Part shown: piece after piece, positions 1 to 7,504 of the stretch
Layout of the letters: each line of letters starts with the position of its first letter
Position numbering within the stretch: position 1 is the first letter of the stretch
Program-made: the position numbers and the translations under genes
Notes under the pieces: model-generated
What the model was told of the DNA's origin: nothing
Databases searched by the model: none
Seen by the model: only the letters and a program-made list of their open reading frames with translations
NCBI GenBank assembly: GCA_043818055.1
Contig: JBDRGF010000020.1
Span: 1 to 54,284 of the forward strand
Source of the DNA: Pseudomonadota bacterium
Lineage (GTDB): Bacteria; UBA10199; 2-02-FULL-44-16; JBDRGF01
DNA: 54,284 nucleotides
Direction: 5' to 3'

Positions 1-1055
1 GCTTCTGTCGTCTGGGATATCAGTTTTGATTTCGCATCCTTCTGAGAAGAAATCCCTATCTGTTTTAAATTCATGACCTTGAAAAGTTCTTCGAGAATTT
101 TTTTCTTCAGATCCATCCAATCGTTATCGACAGGAGCATCGGACTCCTGTTTGATATTTTCTTTAGTCTTTACAACCTTGTTCTCTACAACCCTCTTCTG
201 AGGAAGCTGACCTGTATTGATAAGCGGATGGATCCACCTCTCCAAAATTCTCAAGCCGTCATCCTGAAGAGCCTCTTCGAGCGAAAACCGCCTCTTCGTC
301 GACGAGAACATCCCTTTTTTGAAAGCCTCTTCGAGCGATTTTACGAACGGGCTGCGCGAAGAATGGAGGATGAGAGGCAATGCCTTCTCATATGACTTAT
401 CCATCCCAACGAGATCCTGAGACAGAAAGTACTCTGTCGGTTTGGGCAATCGGCCGCATACAAGATCCTTCGGCACCTTCCCATCTTCGATCCATTCGTT
501 GACAACGAAGTGAATCTTTTCGGAGGGAATATAGCCCTGAGCCAAAGTCTCGTATTTGATGCGGGCGTGCCTTAAAGTGTGGACGAGCGAGTGGGTAACT
601 ATGAGAATCTGGCTCGACCCTATGAAAAGAGGACTGTGAGCCGTTGAAAAAATTGCACCGCAATCGACGACGATATGATCAAAGGCCTGAGAGAGATAAT
701 TGAAGAGGGATGAAATCTGCTTTGGAGATAAGAACTGAAGCGTTTCAGATTGTTTTTCAGAAAAAGCGCTTAAAAAGGAGACTCCCGATTCATGATTAGA
801 GAGATACCCATGAAGCATAGAGGCGGGAACTTTTTTATCCATTAGCGAGATAACATCGGGGATCCGCTTCCACTCGGAATCGAGCATAGTCGAAAGATCT
901 CCCTGAGCATTGAGATCAAAATCGACGAGAAGAACTTTTTCATTCAGATTTTTAGCAAGATAGAAAGCGGAATTGAGCGCGAGCGTGCTCGCACCGACAC
1001 CACCCTTAGCTCCCACGATCGCGATGATCTGCGAGCCTCTATCTTCTTGCTGCAT
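1..1055 (-). CDS. CpaE/TadZ-like ParA/MinD-type pilus ATPase, probably fused to a downstream CpaF/TadA domain; truncated by the window edge
   Basis: Not in the ORF track (no stop in window). Manual translation from ATG 1055: MQQEDRGSQIIAIVGAKGGVGASTLALNSAFYLAK..VLLVDFD..DHIVVDCG, a deviant Walker A typical of CpaE. The frame stays open to base 1 and ends in a helical segment (DWMDLKKKILEELFKVMNLK) resembling a CpaF N-terminus. Overlaps the cpaC stop by 17 nt. Confidence 0.8.
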   Translation of the reverse strand, partial: MQQEDRGSQIIAIVGAKGGVGASTLALNSAFYLAKNLNEKVLLVDFDLNAQGDLSTMLDSEWKRIPDVISLMDKKVPASMLHGYLSNHESGVSFLSAFSEKQSETLQFLSPKQISSLFNYLSQAFDHIVVDCGAIFSTAHSPLFIGSSQILIVTHSLVHTLRHARIKYETLAQGYIPSEKIHFVVNEWIEDGKVPKDLVCGRLPKPTEYFLSQDLVGMDKSYEKALPLILHSSRSPFVKSLEEAFKKGMFSSTKRRFSLEEALQDDGLRILERWIHPLINTGQLPQKRVVENKVVKTKENIKQESDAPVDNDWMDLKKKILEELFKVMNLKQIGISSQKDAKSKLISQTTE

Positions 1056-2460
1056 TGATTGAGTCATTTAATTCCAACCACCGTTTTAATTCGAGCTCCG
1101 CTGTGGATACCTGTTCAATAACATTGGGCTCGATGAATATATAAAACTGGGATTTATTCGTCTGAAAATCCCTGCTTAAAAATAACGTAAATAACGCGTT
1201 CGTCGTATCAAGACCTGGTGGCACCTTGTTGAATGTCTTAACATCGTTATTTCTCAATAGGCCACCAAGGACAACAGACTCACCAGACTTGACGTACACT
1301 GTAGTACTGAGCGTGTTTGTGTCGATACCCTGTGAGACGGTAGCCGATGGAGCCGAGACATTCACATTGATTTTGAGATCGATGTTCTTCTCTGAGGTTA
1401 TAGGCTCAGCATTGACGCGAATTCCGACCTCTTTGAAGGTCACATTCGATTGTGAAAAATATGGTATCTGCGTGCCGCTATAAAAGTTAACCGGCTCGCC
1501 GCTCTTCACGACAAAGCTCGTCTTCTCGAGAACACGTCCCCGATTCGTCTCATGAATCCATTTGAGTTTGGGGAGAAGATTGAAAACAAATCCGACGATC
1601 GAATTGAAATCGATGAGGCCGAATGTATTGCCGGATCCTGAGTTCTGATTTGCTGCATTTTGAATCGTTGAACCGGGTGCCCAATTGATTCCAAATGTCC
1701 GGAGCGCTGAGTTTTTGACCTCCATAAAATAGACATCTAGTTTTACGGTATTGGTATAACCGGGGCGACGCCCCTCCTCCCTGACCTCCACAAGATTCAC
1801 AATATCCTCTTTATAAAGCCTCGCGATAGTATCGATCTTTTTATAAAGATCCTTCGAGTAGGTTAATCCCTCCATCACAAGCGTGCCTCTGACCGGCCGC
1901 ACTGTTATCCCGGGCGTATTTATCGCATCTGCGATCTGCTTCGCTGTAACTTCGAGAACCCGGGAGGAAATAGTCACCCTGCTCTGAACCTGAGGATACT
2001 TCTGCTGTAACAGATTGATGAGGGAGAGCTCCGCGTTGGAACCGACTTCACCTGTCAAAAGAATGGTGCGATCACCGATGAGCTTCATCCTAACACCAGA
2101 GACATTGCGAAGCTCATTTTTCACATCCCTTAAAACTGTATCAATCTTAACTGAGACAACAGTCAGAGTTACGATATCCTTAACTGCGCCCTGTTCGTCC
2201 CATATGGTGAGCGTAGCCTTACCCTCTTTCAAAGGATTCAGATAGATCTCCTTACGACTCGGCTGGACGATATAATCGACTACCGATTGATCGGTTATCG
2301 CAACATCACCGATGCTATAATCCCTGTTGAAAGTCTGTGAGCGACCGACAACCAGCTCCAGGTCCTCGTTTCCCGCCGATGCAAATCCGGGAACTATAAT
2401 AATGAAAAACGAAACGAATAGAACTAATTGTGTCAGTCTTACGATCATCTGTTTGATCAT
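1039..2460 (-). CDS. cpaC: Flp pilus secretin CpaC/RcpA with BON-like domains
   Basis: Signal peptide, pilus N-domain (LELVVGRSQT..VAITDQSVVD..GKATLTIWD) and C-terminal secretin domain (FKEVGIRVNAEP, STTVYVKSGESVVLGGL, IFIEP); lies in the Tad operon. Confidence 0.9.
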   Translation of the reverse strand: MIKQMIVRLTQLVLFVSFFIIIVPGFASAGNEDLELVVGRSQTFNRDYSIGDVAITDQSVVDYIVQPSRKEIYLNPLKEGKATLTIWDEQGAVKDIVTLTVVSVKIDTVLRDVKNELRNVSGVRMKLIGDRTILLTGEVGSNAELSLINLLQQKYPQVQSRVTISSRVLEVTAKQIADAINTPGITVRPVRGTLVMEGLTYSKDLYKKIDTIARLYKEDIVNLVEVREEGRRPGYTNTVKLDVYFMEVKNSALRTFGINWAPGSTIQNAANQNSGSGNTFGLIDFNSIVGFVFNLLPKLKWIHETNRGRVLEKTSFVVKSGEPVNFYSGTQIPYFSQSNVTFKEVGIRVNAEPITSEKNIDLKINVNVSAPSATVSQGIDTNTLSTTVYVKSGESVVLGGLLRNNDVKTFNKVPPGLDTTNALFTLFLSRDFQTNKSQFYIFIEPNVIEQVSTAELELKRWLELNDSINAARR

Positions 2461-3284
2461 CTGTTGCCTCCTCGATATTCGCGATAACGCGGTCTGCTAT
2501 TTTGCTTCATCAAGCTCTGGATACCCGTGAGCTCTGAAGGTGTCGATGGCGATAAAGTCATCTCATGTTCGCTCTCTCCGATTCCCCTCAATGCAAGTGT
2601 TATGACTCCCATCTCCTGAGAGAGGACAATATCCTGAACCTGCTGAGGAGTCAGAGCCAGAGTAACAGCGTAAGAGGAACCCGAGCTTCTATTTTGCATG
2701 AGTTGATCGACTACATTCTGTTTGTTGGATTTGGCCAGCGTCGAGTACCCCTCTCCCAGATTCTGATTTATCGCCAAAACTGAGATGTTCTGAAATAGCG
2801 TATAGGTATACTGTTTGCTCTTGGCGTCGCTTCCGAAATCAAATGTTGTAAGTATGTCAACAAAGTCATTCGGCTGAATTAGCCCTGCGACCCCTGTCAC
2901 ATCGTTCACGAGAATAGAGATTGCCCTCATACCCGCTGGAATCTTCATAGCCAAACCGGTATCGCGCCCGAAGCTCAAAAGCTTGGTGCTGACGATCTGT
3001 TCTCCCTTTAAGATAGGTGTCGATGCGACCTGCCCTAAAATAGTGTTCGCATCTCTCACAAAGACAGCCCCCGGCTGAACATATTTTTTGGGAAACCTGG
3101 TCGCTTCGATCATCGTTTCGTCTATGGGGGTATGCTGAAGAATATCGCGAGTCGCGGTCAGGACATACACTACCGAAGACATCTCGAGAAGCGACCTCTC
3201 TTTGAGTTTGAGATAGCTCACCACACCCAATACAGCGATGATCCCGCACAACACCGAAATAATGATTTTTTTCTTGTTATCCAT
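2457..3284 (-). CDS. cpaB: Flp pilus assembly protein CpaB/RcpC
   Basis: N-terminal TM, SAF domain (VLTATRDI..ILKGEQI), IPAGMRAISI..GVAGLIQPNDFVDIL, VTLALTPQQ, ITLALR. Confidence 0.93.
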   Translation of the reverse strand: MDNKKKIIISVLCGIIAVLGVVSYLKLKERSLLEMSSVVYVLTATRDILQHTPIDETMIEATRFPKKYVQPGAVFVRDANTILGQVASTPILKGEQIVSTKLLSFGRDTGLAMKIPAGMRAISILVNDVTGVAGLIQPNDFVDILTTFDFGSDAKSKQYTYTLFQNISVLAINQNLGEGYSTLAKSNKQNVVDQLMQNRSSGSSYAVTLALTPQQVQDIVLSQEMGVITLALRGIGESEHEMTLSPSTPSELTGIQSLMKQNSRPRYREYRGGNR

Positions 3285-3301
3285 ATTCCACCTATCATTC
3301 T

Positions 3302-3667
3302 TTATGGGTTTAACTTCACAACCATGCTTTGATCAATCACACCATGAAAGCTCGACAAACCGTAGTCGTATCCGATCTTCTTTTCAAAATATCTGAATCT
3401 GAAACTTCCAGAACAATCATTTCCACAACCTTCAGGGGAGGAGATGGAAAGCAATCCGGATCCATTGGTATTGATCTCCTCTTTAGTCACGGCCCCTGCC
3501 AGCTTTGAAAATCCAAATTTTGCACTTCTCACAAGCGCCCCGGTGTTTTGCACCATATATTGAAAGAGCACGAAGGCGAAGAGCATGATAAATACGAGAA
3601 AGATCGCCGTCCATACGAATTCAACTGAGGCAGTGCCTCTGTTATTTTTCCTAATGATAGAATCCAT
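3302..3667 (-). CDS. TadE/TadF-like pseudopilin
   Basis: Start re-called at MDSIIRKNNRG; prepilin motif RG/TASVEF followed by a hydrophobic helix. Confidence 0.75.
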   Translation of the reverse strand: MDSIIRKNNRGTASVEFVWTAIFLVFIMLFAFVLFQYMVQNTGALVRSAKFGFSKLAGAVTKEEINTNGSGLLSISSPEGCGNDCSGSFRFRYFEKKIGYDYGLSSFHGVIDQSMVVKLNP

Positions 3668-4589
3668 CTTTATCAACCCCGTCCAGTTCAGACTGTTGGC
3701 AGTTTGCCTTTGCAATCTGCACAAGGGCGGCCTTATATGATGAACTACTATTATAAGCGATCACGCCTCCATAGGGCTGCCCGGCTGCGGCTGCGGTTAG
3801 AGGATCCGGCGTGCCAAATCTGTTCGCAGAAAAAAATGAAAATCCCGCGTTAACATTTCCCGCACCACAAAAATAAGCCTTGTTCGTCTTTGTTATAGGC
3901 TTATTGACTGTCACGTTGTTCATCTCACCATGGCCACAGTAAGCATCGTGCTGGGCATTTGCTCCACTGCAATCATCATCGCCGGCATTTCTGACGTAAC
4001 CCAATGAAAAAGGCGGTGTTAACGATTCAGAATAGTCAATCAAACCTTTGTCTGCCTCAGTTGAGATGCTTCTAAATGTGAATAAATCGGTATTGGCAGG
4101 GAGAGCGTCCTGGTCTCCATTGAAATATGTGAGAAGCATCGCCATCCTGCCAAGGGACTCAGCTGTACTATACGCAGCTCCGCTTATACCAACGATCGCG
4201 CCTATAATTGAATCATAATCACCCTGATACCTGGTCACGATATCTTTAGCTTCCTGCTTTCCATTAAAACTATCCCTCAAGGCATGAGGCGTAAATCCCC
4301 TGTCCCAGTTTATTGAAACATTTGAATCGCTATAGTTGACAGGAGATTCGGATTCCAACATCTGCCGAATGTAATCGTTGAGCATTGCGATCGTATTTAG
4401 ATCGCGCGCCATAGATGCGCTGGCGGTATAGACACCTGCATCGACAGCATTCTGCAGGCGAATTTTCTGATGAACCAGAAGGCCGACATTGGCCAGCATC
4501 GCGATGAGGAGCATTAAAAAGGGAAAGATGAGCGCTAAAATTACAACCACCTGCCCCGATTGATTTCGACTGATTCTGAAAATCTGCAT
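3651..4589 (-). CDS. TadG-like pilus-associated protein (Tad N-terminal domain)
   Basis: SGQVVVILALIFPFLMLLIAMLANVGLLVHQKIRLQNAVDAGVYTAS is a Tad/TadG N-terminal signature. Confidence 0.85.
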   Translation of the reverse strand: MQIFRISRNQSGQVVVILALIFPFLMLLIAMLANVGLLVHQKIRLQNAVDAGVYTASASMARDLNTIAMLNDYIRQMLESESPVNYSDSNVSINWDRGFTPHALRDSFNGKQEAKDIVTRYQGDYDSIIGAIVGISGAAYSTAESLGRMAMLLTYFNGDQDALPANTDLFTFRSISTEADKGLIDYSESLTPPFSLGYVRNAGDDDCSGANAQHDAYCGHGEMNNVTVNKPITKTNKAYFCGAGNVNAGFSFFSANRFGTPDPLTAAAAGQPYGGVIAYNSSSSYKAALVQIAKANCQQSELDGVDKDGFYH

Positions 4590-4596
4590 ATCTCCC

Positions 4597-5016
4597 TTAA
4601 GGACACCTTGTTGTTATTTCATTATCTCCATCTGTATCTGTTGTACATACAGGCCATCTGTACATGGCAACAGCACTCTTAATATCCAAAAACGCGTTGA
4701 GGGGATTCGATAACGCGCCTCCCCCTGATGTCAAAAAGGGCATCATCTTATATTGCCCTCTGAGCGTAAAATCTCCCGGGCCACTTGAATTCGGCGGTGA
4801 ATCGGTAACTGTAAACCCGGGCATGATATCAGTGGCAGCTGCCTGTGGTTCCCCACCGACCGCTGCCACTCTCCCCGCCATGAAAGCCGTATATAAGGTC
4901 ATCTCACTCAGGATAAGCCGCATTGCGAACGAAACGACCACAAAAAGCACCCCAAAGAGTAAGGGCAAGATCAAAGAAAACTCTACAGCGACCTGGCCTT
5001 TTTGGTTCTTAAACAT
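4597..5016 (-). CDS. TadE-like pseudopilin
   Basis: KGQVAVEFSLILPLLF..AFMAGRVAAV TadE motif. Confidence 0.88.
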   Translation of the reverse strand: MFKNQKGQVAVEFSLILPLLFGVLFVVVSFAMRLILSEMTLYTAFMAGRVAAVGGEPQAAATDIMPGFTVTDSPPNSSGPGDFTLRGQYKMMPFLTSGGGALSNPLNAFLDIKSAVAMYRWPVCTTDTDGDNEITTRCP

Positions 5017-5019
5017 AAA

Positions 5020-5259
5020 TCATGGTCCAACCGGGCCACTCGCTCCCTGAGTATCTTTTTTTGCGGCGTCAGCAGCCCCTGTCATCATCTCATCCACTTT
5101 TGTGGCAACAGTCTCCGTTGATGCCTTGAACTTCGGAATGAAATATGATGCTGCCGCGACTGCTCCCATGACCACCACCGCGATAATCAGCATGTACTCT
5201 GTCGCTGTCTGACCTCTTTCATTCCCCAACAACCGCTCTGCGATCCTTTTTACACTCAT
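5020..5259 (-). CDS. flp: Flp family type IVb/c pilin
   Basis: 79 aa with RG/QTATEYMLIIAVVV Flp motif; strong SD (AGGAGGGG) upstream. Confidence 0.9.
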   Translation of the reverse strand: MSVKRIAERLLGNERGQTATEYMLIIAVVVMGAVAAASYFIPKFKASTETVATKVDEMMTGAADAAKKDTQGASGPVGP

Positions 5260-5280
5260 ACTCCCCTCCTTTTTCTAAAA

Positions 5281-5976
5281 TTAAAATTTGCTCATCCTCT
5301 TAAAGTATTTAGGCGACCACGCCTCTTTACTCAAAGAATGAGCATCGTCATAAATTTTTCCTTTTACGCCCGCCTCTTCGGATTGATATTGCGAACGGGT
5401 CTTCATAGGAGCTTTGAGCTTTCCAAAAATTCTGATGAACTCTCCCGTCTTCCTGTCTTTGAAATAGAGATTGACCCACGCATAAAGCTTTTTCGTGTCA
5501 TCAAGATTCTGTATCTTCACCACACCTGAAACGAGTGGAGAAAAATCCTCGCGATAGATGCTGTTATGTCCGCCCCATACGATAAAGCCTTTGATGTCCG
5601 AAGCATCCACCTTCGCACCCTTTTTGAAGCGCTCTGCGGGAATTTCGAGATTCATCTGATACTGAAAATCCGGTTCGATCACACTGAACTTGTCGAAATG
5701 AACCTTCTCAGTATGGATGACATAGTTTCCACCATCATAGAACGAAAACTTATCGGTAAGTCTTTTGTCCCAGTTTTTGACAGATGTTTCATCGACGACA
5801 AGGGAAGAGTCCGGCATATAAAACGCCTCTATAACCTTCTCACGCTCGATGAAGCGATCGGGCAAACCATGAATTCCTAATTTTGAACTTTTTGAACAGG
5901 AAATGAGCGAGAGGAGCAAAATGGTGATTATTAAGATTGATGAAAAAAACTTATTGCTTCCTAGCATAAGCAACAC
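5281..5976 (-). CDS. Hypothetical lipoprotein at the head of the Tad operon
   Basis: Hydrophobic leader ending LISC (lipobox); 21 bp upstream of flp on the same strand; start could be 5976 (GTG) or 5967 (ATG). Confidence 0.65.
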   Translation of the reverse strand: MLLMLGSNKFFSSILIITILLLSLISCSKSSKLGIHGLPDRFIEREKVIEAFYMPDSSLVVDETSVKNWDKRLTDKFSFYDGGNYVIHTEKVHFDKFSVIEPDFQYQMNLEIPAERFKKGAKVDASDIKGFIVWGGHNSIYREDFSPLVSGVVKIQNLDDTKKLYAWVNLYFKDRKTGEFIRIFGKLKAPMKTRSQYQSEEAGVKGKIYDDAHSLSKEAWSPKYFKRMSKF

Positions 5977-6195
5977 CCCGCTTTTAGGTTATCAAGTTGA
6001 AACTGATCTAGTAGCATGGGTCCGTTAATGTCAAGTCATTTCAAGCTCTGAGCGGAGTCAACAGCAAGATAGAACTGAATTTATAATGTAGAACTGTAGC
6101 TAGTTAAACCTAACCCAATGTTTTCATAATAAATTAACATTCTGGCATTGACTTCATATCCTATTCCGGGCATCTGATCTCAATCAAGGCCAGTT

Positions 6196-6852
6196 ATGAA
6201 GAAAATATTTTCATTTGTTGACTATGACTGTTTTCGGGTAATTTTTTCCAATGCGCTTCCCGCCTTGATATGGATCTTTTTGGCCACACGCATACTGTTG
6301 AGCATCATCTTCGAAACAAAAACATCCGCCCTGACATGGCTAGTCATAGTAAACCGCGGCCTTTTTTTCACGTACATGAGTATGCTGACCCTGATGTTTG
6401 TCATAAGAAAACCACACAAGACTATTTCTAAATCCACTTTAGACTGGTTTTATTCCATGGGTGGCACTTTTGCACCATTTGCATTTCGCTTCATACAGAC
6501 AAACCAGGGATTGCCCGTCACCGGCATCTCTCTACAGCTGATAGGTTGCATCATGAGCATAGTTGTAATCTTAAATTTAAACCGAAGCATGGGGATCCTG
6601 CCTGCAAATCGCGGCATCAAGACAGGTGGAATTTATCGATTAGTCCGGCATCCTCTCTACACATCCTATATTCTCGTCAACCTTGGATTTATATTTGTAA
6701 ATCCAGATTTATACAACGCCTGCATTTTCATAATCGCAATTCTATTTCAGATTCTGAGGCTCAATAAGGAAGAGAAACTTCTATCAAAAGACCCGGATTA
6801 TGAAGAGTATTCAAAAAGGGTGAGATGGAAGCTGCTGCCGTTTATCTACTAG
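6196..6852 (+). CDS. Isoprenylcysteine carboxylmethyltransferase (ICMT/Ste14/PEMT) family membrane protein
   Basis: Multi-TM; TGGIYRLVRHPLY, EEKLL, YEEYSKRVRWKLLPFIY motifs. Confidence 0.88.
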   Translation: MKKIFSFVDYDCFRVIFSNALPALIWIFLATRILLSIIFETKTSALTWLVIVNRGLFFTYMSMLTLMFVIRKPHKTISKSTLDWFYSMGGTFAPFAFRFIQTNQGLPVTGISLQLIGCIMSIVVILNLNRSMGILPANRGIKTGGIYRLVRHPLYTSYILVNLGFIFVNPDLYNACIFIIAILFQILRLNKEEKLLSKDPDYEEYSKRVRWKLLPFIY

Positions 6853-6866
6853 GGCTAAAACACTTC

Positions 6867-6904
6867 AAAAAACAAAGGGGAACCGTTTTTCTACGATTCC
6901 CCTT
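6867..6904 (-). terminator. Probable intrinsic terminator between convergent genes
   Basis: AAGGGGAA (6875-6882) / TTCCCCTT (6897-6904) stem, with an A-run at 6867-6872 giving a U-tract on the minus strand. Confidence 0.55.
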
Positions 6905-6937
6905 CTTGAGAAAGGAGGGTTAGGGTCAATTTAAGTT

Positions 6938-7303
6938 TTATGCCTCGTAATGCGTCAAGTGTTTGATCTTCTGTTCAAAGAGATCCTTTTCAAATTCATG
7001 CAGTTTCAATGGGGAGAGTTTTTTTAATTCCGCTCTCGCCTCGTCATATCCACTACGACATTTGCTCATATAGTTTGAAAGCTCCTGCTTCTTCATATAT
7101 TCTTTTTCATTTAAATATTCGCGCCTTGCATATTCATGGTTGATTGAACTCGTTACCATCTTGAGCTGCAACTCCATAAATACCTTTTTATCTTCATCGC
7201 TTGAAGTCTCAGGTGCGATTGGCAGAATTGTAAAGGAGACCTCTTTTTTCGAAACTTCCTTTACCGATTCAACTGCTAACATTTTATCATTTAATTCTTC
7301 CAT
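6938..7303 (-). CDS. Hypothetical charged helical protein (121 aa)
   Basis: Start re-called at MEELNDK (ATG 7303) with GGAGG SD; the upstream ORF extension overlaps a sigma54 promoter. Confidence 0.7.
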   Translation of the reverse strand: MEELNDKMLAVESVKEVSKKEVSFTILPIAPETSSDEDKKVFMELQLKMVTSSINHEYARREYLNEKEYMKKQELSNYMSKCRSGYDEARAELKKLSPLKLHEFEKDLFEQKIKHLTHYEA

Positions 7304-7324
7304 ATTGCCTCCGCCGATTACTAT

Positions 7325-7382
7325 TGCACTCGGCGTGCCAAATAAGGGGTTTTGATAAAACGCTAAGCATTTCAATGCGTTA
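7325..7382 (-). promoter_or_regulatory. Sigma54 (-24/-12) promoter with upstream IHF-like site
   Basis: Minus strand TGGCACGCCGAGTGCA (7340-7325) has GG-N10-GC spacing, 21 nt before ATG 7303. TTTCAATGCGTTA (7370-7382) resembles the IHF consensus WATCAANNNNTTR. Confidence 0.7.
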
Positions 7383-7504
7383 GGTTGGTGGATCGCATTG
7401 CAAAAGATCAAAAAAATGGGGAAAAACAGGCTGAAATGGGGGGGATATGCCCCACTGTATTATTGTTGATTTAATAGAAACAATTCCGTTACTGTCGCTG
7501 CCCT

